DNA from: an uncultured virus (IMG/VR IMGVR_UViG_3300046665_000306)
Taxonomy: Duplodnaviria; Heunggongvirae; Uroviricota; Caudoviricetes
Virus record (IMG/VR): IMGVR_UViG_3300046665_000306
Coordinates: 1-64,000 of that record
Direction: 5' to 3' (one strand)
DNA: 64,000 nt
Part shown: positions 34,885 to 43,943 of the stretch, one piece after another
Layout: each line of letters begins with the position of its first letter
Numbering within the stretch: the stretch's first letter is position 1
Position numbers and translations under genes: made by a program
The notes under the pieces: model-generated
Database searches by the model: none
What the model was told of the DNA's origin: nothing
What the model saw: only the letters and a program-made list of their open reading frames with translations

Positions 34885-35299
34885 TTGATGGTAGCATCTT
34901 ATTGTTGTTATTATTATGTGCTGGTTCACGACCTACGCGGTTAAGCTCTGCCATGTCTCTGAGAATGATTGCTCCATTCTTCAGATCGTCAATCTCGATA
35001 GCCTTGTTCAAAAGTCTGACGTATTCTTTATTGATCCAGTCCAGATCAATTTCTTCGTGGTCTGTTTTACGCAGCGGGAGAGGAGGTGCGACGGATAGCA
35101 TTTCTTTTTCCGCAGTTTTCATTTTTAATTCTTGAATTCTTGCCGCGACTTCGGGAGTGCTGGCAAGCTTCGAAGCATTAGCAGCAGCTGTGGTGTTCTT
35201 GCAAGTAAAACCTGCTTCTTTGTAAGCCGCGATTTGAGTATAACCATTCACCAAGTAGTTAGCGAACTTTTCTCTTTTGTCGGATGAAAGTCTAGCCAT
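34721..35299 (-). CDS. terS: terminase small subunit
   Basis: KREKFA....G.TQIAAYKEAGF...ANASKL...V.ARIQEL HTH pattern; upstream of terL. Confidence 0.8.
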   Translation of the reverse strand: MARLSSDKREKFANYLVNGYTQIAAYKEAGFTCKNTTAAANASKLASTPEVAARIQELKMKTAEKEMLSVAPPLPLRKTDHEEIDLDWINKEYVRLLNKAIEIDDLKNGAIILRDMAELNRVGREPAHNNNNNKMLPSNDKLPQLERQINIQVINKESSHDGRSSPRPFAIEIPDSDTLVISNSEPDEDSSS

Positions 35300-35561
35300 G
35301 TTTGAGATACTTAATCAAATCGTTTGCTACTAGGTAATTGCTGTAAGCGTTCACGCAATCAAGTATAGCGCGATATAGTTCAACTACTTTGAAGGTTTGG
35401 TCATCCATATTTTTACTTAGTTCTGGATGCATTACGTGAAAACTGAGTAGTTCTTGATATGCCTCGTCATGCATACGACAAGCTTCTGCCGCGTCATGTA
35501 CCATATCTTTTAGTTTGGTATGGTGTTCCCTAGGAAATACGGTTAGATCATAGATGTACAT
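35292..35561 (-). CDS. hypothetical protein
   Basis: coupled between ruvC-like and terS. Confidence 0.7.
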   Translation of the reverse strand: MYIYDLTVFPREHHTKLKDMVHDAAEACRMHDEAYQELLSFHVMHPELSKNMDDQTFKVVELYRAILDCVNAYSNYLVANDLIKYLKHG

Positions 35562-36085
35562 TATTCAGATAGCTCGCCAATCAGAGTAAAGGGCTTTTCG
35601 ATCTTGTATCCCATGGCGCACATGCCGTAAAATGCGATGAGCGCAGATTCGGCTCTGCCATCGTCCATTTTCCTTTTCCAAGCCGTCGAGCATTTAGGAA
35701 AATACTGATTAGCTCGATAGCGAGCAGCATCTTTTTCAGCAGGTACTTTGAGTTGTGCTTTCCAGACCGCAGGCCTTACCTGAGAAACAGGAACCTTAAG
35801 TCCGCCGCAGACACCTAGGATCGTGCCAAAGTTTCTACCAAAGGTGAAGCTACTTACGACGCCTTCACCGGGGCGAGCATTTACTTCCTCAATATAAAGA
35901 TGAATGATTCTATCATCATCTAGGATATCACCAATACCGACATGGTCGATAACGGTTTTGGCCTTAGCTCCCGGCTTGATCGTGAACGTAGGCATATCAA
36001 ATAGCTCGATAGTGTGTGCCACTGGATCAAGCTTGGTGAATGCGCCTTTGCTACCGGGGTCAGCGCCAATGATTATTCCTGCCAT
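35561..36085 (-). CDS. RuvC-like Holliday junction resolvase
   Basis: IGADPG, YIEEV, FTFGRNFG, DGRAESALIA. Confidence 0.88.
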   Translation of the reverse strand: MAGIIIGADPGSKGAFTKLDPVAHTIELFDMPTFTIKPGAKAKTVIDHVGIGDILDDDRIIHLYIEEVNARPGEGVVSSFTFGRNFGTILGVCGGLKVPVSQVRPAVWKAQLKVPAEKDAARYRANQYFPKCSTAWKRKMDDGRAESALIAFYGMCAMGYKIEKPFTLIGELSE

Positions 36086-36774
36086 ATTTCATCTACTTCT
36101 TTTTGGCCTCTGAGTTGAGCCTCAATGGCGTCTTCAATATTTTTTTCATATGAATAATGGTTGAAAGTACCATTTAGTCTAACTTTGACCATGTACAGAT
36201 TACGTGGCTTGTGATAATATACGCCAAGTACAGGTGTCTCTTTAATTTCATCCAAACCTGTGTCGGCAGAAGCTTCTGTCACGTTGGCATATAGATTATA
36301 AAGCCTTAACTGTTCCTTGGCCCACTTCTCAGCCGTGAGATGATGCTTGAACGTAGAGCCGCGATAGAAATATGGGTGATGCCAAACCTTGACTTGGAAC
36401 GTGCCAGCGGTATAAGGCTTGATCAGGTAGTTACCCAATTCCTTTTTGACAGAGGAAAGTAGGACTAGGTTGTCGCGATGCGTGTTGTACAAATCGCCGT
36501 CTACCGCAACAATAGGTTCCTTGGGCCAATCTCCGTGGAGCAAGAGCCAAGCAATGTGAGGTATCTCTACCAGAACTTTCTTGACGTGACAGACATATCG
36601 CCCTGCATAATGCATGTTGACACGTTTCGTTACTTTCCACGTGTCTCGGTAGAGGCGATAAATTCTGCCAGTATCTTCATCGTACTTGAATATTTGCTTC
36701 ACGTACTTTTTGTCTAATCCGGGATACAGATCGAAATACTTATCCATGTCTCGGATGATTTTCTTAGCCGCCAT
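36073..36774 (-). CDS. HNH/AP2-type protein with degenerate HNH site
   Basis: FKYDEDTG, HIAWLL.HGDWP, DGD..N...NL, GVYYHK AP2-like end. Confidence 0.7.
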   Translation of the reverse strand: MAAKKIIRDMDKYFDLYPGLDKKYVKQIFKYDEDTGRIYRLYRDTWKVTKRVNMHYAGRYVCHVKKVLVEIPHIAWLLLHGDWPKEPIVAVDGDLYNTHRDNLVLLSSVKKELGNYLIKPYTAGTFQVKVWHHPYFYRGSTFKHHLTAEKWAKEQLRLYNLYANVTEASADTGLDEIKETPVLGVYYHKPRNLYMVKVRLNGTFNHYSYEKNIEDAIEAQLRGQKEVDEIWQE

Positions 36775-36936
36775 TATTCTTAACTCTTTTATTCTTCTTA
36801 GCCGCTAGATCAGAAATTGATTTTTCTAAAAATTCAACTTTTAGGTAAAGCTCTTCGACGCACTGTTTCAGCGTGAGGAGATTTTTTTGATCCACCCGAA
36901 TTTTATTTTCTAAATTTTCAATTTCTTCTTGGTAGT

Positions 36937-37332
36937 TCAATTGTAGTTCCTGTATCCATTGGTGTAAGGCTCGAAAAGGTCATCGATCTTGTTAAGCAAT
37001 TCGTCGGACCAAAGATCGCTGGATGGCTGTTGTAATGACATGCCTGTCTCAGTTACGATCCATTCAAACTTACTAGATGCGATGGCTTGGTAAACCAAAT
37101 CCATCATACCGTTAATAATTTTATCTCTATCTTCATAATGTAAAAGTTTAGAATATAATTTTTCTTTATCTCTATAATGCTCGTTTAGTAATTTTGCACG
37201 TTCAGTCTTTTGCTGGTCTTCTAGTTCACTAATTCGATTTAATAGTTTCAAGTGTGCATCTTCATATTCTTTAAGATCACTTACTAATTCAATGATTTGC
37301 TTGTTTAAATAGTTTGCTAGTTCCTTGCTCAT
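36937..37332 (-). CDS. coiled-coil hypothetical protein
   Basis: 131 aa heptad pattern. Confidence 0.7.
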   Translation of the reverse strand: MSKELANYLNKQIIELVSDLKEYEDAHLKLLNRISELEDQQKTERAKLLNEHYRDKEKLYSKLLHYEDRDKIINGMMDLVYQAIASSKFEWIVTETGMSLQQPSSDLWSDELLNKIDDLFEPYTNGYRNYN

Positions 37333-37335
37333 TAC

Positions 37336-37566
37336 TTATACTTTCATTATTTCGAACATATCGCGATGATATCGATCTAAAATATTGTCTTGTTTACTAA
37401 TTTCTTCTTTTAGTTCTCTAATTCTAAGTTGATCTATTTCAATACTTGCATGCATACTATTTACTTGGTGACGTAGTTCAACGTTCTCAATTACTAAGTC
37501 TCTAACTTTCTCGCGTAAAGTTTCTAATTCTAATTCTAAATTACTATTTCCAACTTTATCGTTCAT
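37336..37566 (-). CDS. coiled-coil hypothetical protein
   Basis: heptad pattern; start uncertain. Confidence 0.65.
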   Translation of the reverse strand: MNDKVGNSNLELELETLREKVRDLVIENVELRHQVNSMHASIEIDQLRIRELKEEISKQDNILDRYHRDMFEIMKV

Positions 37567-37712
37567 ACTTTGTTCCATCACACCGACTGTTCGGGACCGC
37601 CGCATCACTTAGATGGACGAGATTTTTAAGTGCATACTTCATAATTTAAAGACCATAATAACACAGCTTTTTTCATTTGTCAAGCTTTTTGTTTTGCTGA
37701 TCCAAAAGATAA

Positions 37713-37898
37713 TTATTTCGGTTTGTATTCTTCGCAAATATAATCTAGATCGACGCCGATGGTTTTGTTATTATCTCGGGCATAGCCTTCAGCGAAATCC
37801 AAGCACTCTGACATGGTTGCGAACTGAGACAGAGAGGCGTCGTGATGTGGATCGATCTGACCATTGACGAGCCAAATGAGGGTGAGGTAAACTATCAA
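37713..37898 (-). CDS. small protein with hydrophobic N-terminus
   Basis: F.TMSEC...Y.C motif; SD GGGAG. Confidence 0.55.
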   Translation of the reverse strand: MIVYLTLIWLVNGQIDPHHDASLSQFATMSECLDFAEGYARDNNKTIGVDLDYICEEYKPK

Positions 37899-38209
37899 TA
37901 TGTTTCTCCCTTGACATAGCAGTCCATTTGAATAATGACTGCGGCTGGATTGTCGTAATTTCTTTTTATATTATTTTCTTGGCGTTGGCACTGATCCAAC
38001 GTGTCAGTGGTGTAGGTGTGGAGCTTGGGAGGTTCGCCAGTCATGCTAGCGATAATAACTAATAGAACGTACATTTCATGTCTCCTTTAAATTGTTGAGG
38101 TGTTAACGATCATTCCAAACGTAGTTACCAATTTCTTCCGCATAATAAGTGCTGCCGATGTAAACCGTAGCACCTACTAGAACCACAATGATAATAAAAA
38201 TTTTAAACA

Positions 38210-38755
38210 TCACTTCTTTTTCCTTTTCTTTTTAGCAGCTGCCACCAGCGTTTCATATTCATCGATCCACACATACCTTGATTCGTCCCATCTCGGCAAC
38301 TTGTTCTTTCTATATACGACACGAAGATACTCTAATTTAATCCCTGCTTCAAACATAATCTGAGCCGGGGATTTACCTTCAGCCACTAATTTGAGAATGA
38401 GTTTCAATTTTGTATCAGCATAAGGTTTTAGATTTCCTTGCTGTGTCAAGATGAGGCGAACATAAGATTCTCTATAACCTGTCTCAGCAATAATCTCTGC
38501 CGGGGATTTACCTTCAGCGGCAAGTTTGAGAATGACAGCCTTTTTAATTGGCTCCGTCGTACCAGTCACTTTTCTGGTACGTTCCTTACGTTCCGCCTTG
38601 TAGGAATCAGGATCATCCATATTCTTATATTTTGAGATAAGCTGAGAAATGTTCTGCTTTGAAACGTTGAAAGACCTAGCAATGTCAGTCACCTTTTCGC
38701 CAGCCTTGAAGCGGCGGATAACTTCATTGCGGGATATCTTTCGTGGCGCGTTCAT
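38210..38755 (-). CDS. multi-HTH DNA-binding protein
   Basis: three HTH repeats (GEKVTDIARSFNVSKQNISQ; two LKL.AEGKSPA.I repeats). Confidence 0.8.
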   Translation of the reverse strand: MNAPRKISRNEVIRRFKAGEKVTDIARSFNVSKQNISQLISKYKNMDDPDSYKAERKERTRKVTGTTEPIKKAVILKLAAEGKSPAEIIAETGYRESYVRLILTQQGNLKPYADTKLKLILKLVAEGKSPAQIMFEAGIKLEYLRVVYRKNKLPRWDESRYVWIDEYETLVAAAKKKRKKK

Positions 38756-39102
38756 ACCATTTTGCTCCATTCAGTTTCCATGACCCTAATCTGATTCAGC
38801 AATTCGTCTACCTTCAGCTGAGCATCGAGATAAGCTTCGCGCTTGACCAGAATTTTCTTCTGAAAATAATGGCGGGCCTCGACCTCGGTAGCTATGGTGC
38901 ACTCATTCATGATAGTAGGCATAGCTACGGTGTTTTCCTTCATATCATCGAAACCTAGCACAGTCACCTTATGATGGCCGTTGTACTCGTCATCCACAAA
39001 CACCTTCACAATCCTACCATGGATATCCCATCCACCCATGTAGCGATCCGCGACCCAACGAACATAAGCCCCTGCCACAACTTCTTCCTGCTTCATAGTC
39101 AT
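38752..39102 (-). CDS. hypothetical protein
   Basis: SD GGGGAG. Confidence 0.7.
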   Translation of the reverse strand: MTMKQEEVVAGAYVRWVADRYMGGWDIHGRIVKVFVDDEYNGHHKVTVLGFDDMKENTVAMPTIMNECTIATEVEARHYFQKKILVKREAYLDAQLKVDELLNQIRVMETEWSKMV

Positions 39103-39222
39103 TAAACCGGCTCCCCTTAAATCTAAGTGACTCACTTTATCTCCCGCTGTTATAACCTAAATCATTTCCCGATGCAACCCCCCCCCCCTTGACAGGGGAG
39201 AACCGCGACATTGGACATTTGA

Positions 39223-39393
39223 CTTTCTTCAGGGAAGTACCGCGATCCATGACTGTTGAACGTTACGTGGATCGAACCGGTAAGCATTACAGGTCGTACC
39301 GAACACACTCCGTACAACAGACTCGCGACATTTTCTCGCTGTGTTGGACGTGATGAAGACCCCTTGGTCCAGTACCTTAAACCTTGAGGAAAG
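39223..39393 (+). ncRNA. candidate multibranched RNA
   Basis: CTTTCTTCA/TGAGGAAAG closing stem, four inner hairpins, TTGACA 34 nt upstream. Confidence 0.45.
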
Positions 39394-39801
39394 GCCTGCT
39401 TCGTTTTTCTAAAATTAACTACCAAAAGTTATAGAAAAATCGTTTGTGTTTACTCGATCTTAAAAGTATATTATATAATAAAATCAATAGAATAATAAAA
39501 ATAAGAGAGTCTCAAGTTAGCTAGATTGGTGAAAAGACAAGGAAAATAAGGTAAAAACAATGTAAGGAATTTTCACAGCCCTGTTTCGCTGCTTCACGAT
39601 ATACTCCACATTGACACGACCATTAAAAAACTAACACATTGAAATCACTACACAATAGTATCTTAACATCGAGTAAATTCAAACAAAACATATAGAATTC
39701 TATTTGCCCATTTTTGGCTATTATCTCGTAAATAAGACTTGACACGGCGGAATTTTTGTGCTACAACAGCCTCTTAGATTCACGTAGAGTAAACCATAAC
39801 G

Positions 39802-40722
39802 ATGACCAGATTAAAGTACGAATTGACATGTCAAGCCCCGGATTGCGGTAAGAAATTTCTCGCCACGAAAGCTAGTAAAGAGACGTGTAGCACGACGTGC
39901 CACATGCGCCTGATGAGGAAGAGATTTAAACCACGCCTCATAGCTCAACCTACATGCCTACTCCCAAGCTGTCAAGAGATTGTCACTTCGGCCAAGGTTA
40001 AACTTGGCCGCCCCAAATTATATTGCTGCGACGAACATATGAAGCGACACCACTATCTCAATAATTTCGGCCTGACCGAGAAAGAGCGTGACGCGACCTG
40101 TCCCAACCCATTGTGCCACAACCCTTCCTTCGTCAAACATCACGGTAGGCAAATTTATTGTAGCAAGGCATGTGGTACAGAGCATAGAAGGGTCAAAAAC
40201 TATCCCGTTGTGGAAGATGTTAAACCAGTCAATTTTCACCACCTCTGCAATTATTGCGGCACAGAGTACGGCGCGGCTCGCTCCTCGGCCCAATTTTGTT
40301 CCACGTCTTGCCGCGTCATGTTCAATAAACAAGACAGGATGGCGGAATGGGTCAATAAGCGTATGACATTCAATGCCGATGATCATCTCTATGACGAGTT
40401 GGATGGAGAAATTTTTATCGAGTGCGAATTCAATAATTTCGATTTCAGCGGCAAGTCCCTGACCAAGGCAAAATTCATTAACTGCGTCATTAATAATTGC
40501 TGCTTCGACAAAACTTTCTTCGACGGGGTAGAATTAATTGATACAGATTTTGAAGGCTATAACACCTTTAGAGGAGCACTTGTAAGATTTACCAAATTTC
40601 CACTCGTGTCTGAAACGGTGCTTGACCTGAGCGGTATTATTGAGTCAAAGGTGAAGCGAAGCGTGTTGCTCAAAGTTCAACGCGAAAAGTTAGAAAATAA
40701 GAGAATCAGTTTCTATGAATAA
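39802..40722 (+). CDS. four tandem Cys4-type zinc fingers fused to pentapeptide repeats
   Basis: four C..C...C(S/C)..(C/H) units; C-terminal FSGKS LTKAK FINCV INNCC FDKTF repeats. Confidence 0.75.
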   Translation: MTRLKYELTCQAPDCGKKFLATKASKETCSTTCHMRLMRKRFKPRLIAQPTCLLPSCQEIVTSAKVKLGRPKLYCCDEHMKRHHYLNNFGLTEKERDATCPNPLCHNPSFVKHHGRQIYCSKACGTEHRRVKNYPVVEDVKPVNFHHLCNYCGTEYGAARSSAQFCSTSCRVMFNKQDRMAEWVNKRMTFNADDHLYDELDGEIFIECEFNNFDFSGKSLTKAKFINCVINNCCFDKTFFDGVELIDTDFEGYNTFRGALVRFTKFPLVSETVLDLSGIIESKVKRSVLLKVQREKLENKRISFYE

Positions 40723-41299
40723 TCAAAAATATCAAGTCCTCTGCGGTAATGAGTATCTTAAAACATCTCAAGTCGTTATCCCGTTCAACGTGACACAGCG
40801 TGGCGCGTATATCGAAGATTGCGATGAGGTTGTTACGATGCGTCATCTCAGGCCGTTAGCTCCGGGACAGGGCTTATATTCTGTCTACGAGTGTTTGTCA
40901 AAATTCTATGCCAAGTGGAACATTGACAAACTTCTCAGCCCTACGATTAAATATGTCACGACAGATGGAGAAGACTTAACGTCGAAGAAGTATCACGACG
41001 TTCGATTCAACCACATCATTTTCAATAATTGTAAATTGAATAACGTCGCGTTTCACAGCTGCGTCTTGACCAATGTTGTCTTCCTCAACTGTGACATTGA
41101 CATTCTCGATCTCAGGCATGCCGAATTAAACAACGTCATGTTCCTGCACTGCGACAAGACCTATGCCATCAAGCTAGATAACGCCAAGCTACGAGAAGTG
41201 CGATTCAAAAAGACTTCGATCCCTAAAGATTTAAAAGAATTGGGGATCGAAGCTGTGAGGACGGAGCAAGACATTATCATGTTGAGGAATCGGCCTTAA
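40715..41299 (+). CDS. pentapeptide-repeat protein
   Basis: FNHII FNNCK LNNVA FHSCV LTNVV FLNCD. Confidence 0.8.
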   Translation: MNNQKYQVLCGNEYLKTSQVVIPFNVTQRGAYIEDCDEVVTMRHLRPLAPGQGLYSVYECLSKFYAKWNIDKLLSPTIKYVTTDGEDLTSKKYHDVRFNHIIFNNCKLNNVAFHSCVLTNVVFLNCDIDILDLRHAELNNVMFLHCDKTYAIKLDNAKLREVRFKKTSIPKDLKELGIEAVRTEQDIIMLRNRP

Positions 41300-41501
41300 A
41301 GACTATCCCGTTATCCTCCATCTCAGATCGTGGAACGTGGGCCAGCATCTTATCCGTTTCGATCCACGCCTCGGCGTATTCGCGAGTCGCGAAATAAATC
41401 GGCGTGTCGTTATAATTCTTTACCATACGCCAGATCAAGACCTTCCGCCGCATCACGACAAAATCACCTGTTAGGGTGGTGCAAATTTTGTAACTCGCCA
41501 T
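41277..41501 (-). CDS. hypothetical protein
   Basis: SD GAGGAGG. Confidence 0.65.
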   Translation of the reverse strand: MASYKICTTLTGDFVVMRRKVLIWRMVKNYNDTPIYFATREYAEAWIETDKMLAHVPRSEMEDNGIVFKADSST

Positions 41502-41504
41502 GAT

Positions 41505-41885
41505 TTAATCCCTCCTCATCTTGTTATCTGGATCGATCACTGCGCCGTCCCATGCATCATAAGCCGCGTCTCGATCCTCCATGGCCCAATCTTCCCAAGT
41601 ATTCCATTCCGCCGAGACGCGGTACACGTTGAGGATTTCTTGAACAGACATGCCTTCCCATAGATCAGAGGCTTGGCAGTCGCACCAAGCGCTCAAGTTA
41701 CCCATTTCTTCCATCGTCATATCCATGACGTGAACCGCTTTGACGGCGCAGTGTTCCAGAACTTTGTCACTCACTTCGATTGTCTTCGACTGACGCAAAA
41801 TCTCGCCCGTTGCGCCAGCGACAAGCACGTCATTCTTACTACCGAGATGGGCCAAAGCGTCAGCATATGAAATTTTCTTGCGCAT
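41505..41885 (-). CDS. hypothetical protein
   Basis: SD GGAGG; own promoter. Confidence 0.7.
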   Translation of the reverse strand: MRKKISYADALAHLGSKNDVLVAGATGEILRQSKTIEVSDKVLEHCAVKAVHVMDMTMEEMGNLSAWCDCQASDLWEGMSVQEILNVYRVSAEWNTWEDWAMEDRDAAYDAWDGAVIDPDNKMRRD

Positions 41886-41946
41886 CTAAAACCTCCAAGT
41901 AATTTCTGATAAACCAAATCTCCTCCAATTCATTGGAAGAGACTTA

Positions 41947-41975
41947 TTCTTACATCCGACTCGAAACGAAGTCAA
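41947..41975 (-). promoter_or_regulatory. TGTAA-class promoter
   Basis: TTGACT-17-TAAGAA. Confidence 0.65.
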
Positions 41976-41984
41976 GCTTTAACC

Positions 41985-42221
41985 TCACAAAAACTTTTCA
42001 TGTTCCGAAAGTTTCTTTAACCACGCAGAAAAAATCCGTTCCATATCCTTATGAGGAGCGTAAGTTGTGGCTATATCCACGATTTCTAAACCATGAGCCA
42101 CGATGTATAACGACCAAGTCACACCGTCACTATTTACCCGCATCATGGCATGAAAATTTCGATACCCACCAAGATTTTCAAAATATTCCGTCACATTGAA
42201 AGTTCTAACTGATTGATCCAA
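41985..42221 (-). CDS. hypothetical protein
   Basis: SD AGGAGG, TTG start. Confidence 0.6.
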   Translation of the reverse strand: MDQSVRTFNVTEYFENLGGYRNFHAMMRVNSDGVTWSLYIVAHGLEIVDIATTYAPHKDMERIFSAWLKKLSEHEKFL

Positions 42222-42233
42222 TACAACACCCTC

Positions 42234-42455
42234 CTACCATTCAAAATAAACATCAGTTTTAAGCACTAAGCTAGGCGCATCGATGTTTTTAAAACCTCGC
42301 TTCATAAGCTCTGACACGATATTGAATCTGAAACTGTCATCGTGATAGATTCTCATATAAGCACCATTGCCTTGGCGAAAGTTCTTGACCGCGTAAGCGA
42401 TTCGCTCATCAAGATCGTCGTCATTACCCTTGCGGGCCATATCAGCTGTGAACAT
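42234..42455 (-). CDS. hypothetical protein
   Basis: TGATG coupling. Confidence 0.65.
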   Translation of the reverse strand: MFTADMARKGNDDDLDERIAYAVKNFRQGNGAYMRIYHDDSFRFNIVSELMKRGFKNIDAPSLVLKTDVYFEW

Positions 42456-42874
42456 CAAACCTTCTCCTTCGTCTGTGTCACATACACGGTCCACCACAGC
42501 GGCTTGTCAAACGATCCTGTGCCTGTCAAGCGAAGATCAATGTTCCTACCAACGTCATCCGCCGTGCTGCCTGTGACGCGACCAAAATCACGTGTCGTGT
42601 AGCGGTTCACGCCTGCCTCGTCTTCCATTGTCTCATAGCTCGTACCCTCGCCATGAATCTTGACGAAACGAGCCGTTTCACCATTCAGAAGGAGATAGGT
42701 TTGATTTAAGTGAAACGGTGACGCCCTGAGATAGACGTTGAGAAAGCTGGTCAGCTTATCCCGAGCCTCAATCACGGCCCAATGATTAAGATCAAATGTG
42801 GAAAGCAACTGGCCATAATCATGGCAAAGAATTGAGTAACGCACCTTCTGTTCCGTCACGGTAAGATCAGTCAT
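42455..42874 (-). CDS. hypothetical protein
   Basis: SD GGGGAG. Confidence 0.7.
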   Translation of the reverse strand: MTDLTVTEQKVRYSILCHDYGQLLSTFDLNHWAVIEARDKLTSFLNVYLRASPFHLNQTYLLLNGETARFVKIHGEGTSYETMEDEAGVNRYTTRDFGRVTGSTADDVGRNIDLRLTGTGSFDKPLWWTVYVTQTKEKV

Positions 42875-42891
42875 ATCTCAAACTCCCCCTT

Positions 42892-43125
42892 TTAAATAAC
42901 TTTAACCACTGGTTCAGCCGTCTCGACCCGATAAGATTCGACCCTGACATGAACCTCTTGAGAAACGTTGAACAGATCGAACATAAAATAACCCGCCCCA
43001 CTGAGTTGCTTAACGACGCGAACCGATTCTTCCTTCGCCATGTCTTCAGTTTTTTCGAAGATGGCGTGACGAATGCTAGGCGTGACGGCTGAGCCATGAG
43101 CGCTAAGAATGTATTCAATGTTCAT
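42892..43125 (-). CDS. hypothetical protein
   Basis: SD TAAGGAG after leader hairpin. Confidence 0.7.
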   Translation of the reverse strand: MNIEYILSAHGSAVTPSIRHAIFEKTEDMAKEESVRVVKQLSGAGYFMFDLFNVSQEVHVRVESYRVETAEPVVKVI

Positions 43126-43140
43126 TACGATCTCCTTATT

Positions 43141-43164
43141 TTTCTCCCGCTGGCGGGAGGGAAA
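43141..43164 (-). promoter_or_regulatory. conserved 5'-UTR hairpin
   Basis: CTCCCGC/GCGGGAG just before SD; 5 copies. Confidence 0.65.
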
Positions 43165-43213
43165 TGTGTCACTCGCTTCAGCGAAGGGCGATTGAATTTC
43201 TCTGATAAACATA

Positions 43214-43242
43214 TCCTTACATCACACCTGAAACGGTGTCAA
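43214..43242 (-). promoter_or_regulatory. TGTAA-class promoter
   Basis: TTGACA-17-TAAGGA. Confidence 0.65.
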
Positions 43243-43274
43243 GAACTTAAATGTTCCTGACACCGTTTTTAATT

Positions 43275-43943
43275 TTAATTTACCTCCTTCACCAGATAAT
43301 CCCCATAGAAACACTTAATCGTTTCGATATCGTTCTCTTGATACGTATTTTCCAGCAGGTTTTCCCAACTCCTGCCTCGCATCCCGCCGCGTTCAAACAC
43401 CAGTCCGGTTTTATTGAGAATCACTTCCGGCCCATCAATGACGAGCTTAAGGATTCTTGCAGCTGCGCCTTCCGGGGTGTTGTCAATTTCGTACCAATTT
43501 CCACTAAAAACGAAGTCCCAAAGCTCGCCTTCAAAATTGAGGCCATAATTCTTCTCAGAATATTGTTCCCAAGTCATGGATCGAGTCATCTTCCCTATGC
43601 CGTGCCACGCCGCTGTACCTAGGGCACAGCAAGACGTGCCACAGATATTCTCTTCCCCTTTCAGTCGTGTCACAACTGCTGGTTTTTGTACATTCCCGAC
43701 CCATTCCACATTTTCATGCACATAGGCAGGAATTCCTGTAATATGCCTGTAATCCGGGATGAAGGCGTAGGACGACATATCAAATGCCGGGGGCGGAGCG
43801 CTCCTTAACGCGTCAACCATGTCAAGCAGGTTACGAATCCTCAACAATGTTGGATGATAAATCTTTTCACCATACTCAACATCCTTCTGAATCTTAGGAA
43901 CGGTAAAACTAATGCCTCGGTAGGTGTGAACTTCCTTCGTCAT
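43275..43943 (-). CDS. CGTSCCALG-motif protein (paralog of next)
   Basis: shared HTYRGI.FTVP, NICGTSCCALGTAAWHGIG, TPEGAAARILK. Confidence 0.8.
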   Translation of the reverse strand: MTKEVHTYRGISFTVPKIQKDVEYGEKIYHPTLLRIRNLLDMVDALRSAPPPAFDMSSYAFIPDYRHITGIPAYVHENVEWVGNVQKPAVVTRLKGEENICGTSCCALGTAAWHGIGKMTRSMTWEQYSEKNYGLNFEGELWDFVFSGNWYEIDNTPEGAAARILKLVIDGPEVILNKTGLVFERGGMRGRSWENLLENTYQENDIETIKCFYGDYLVKEVN

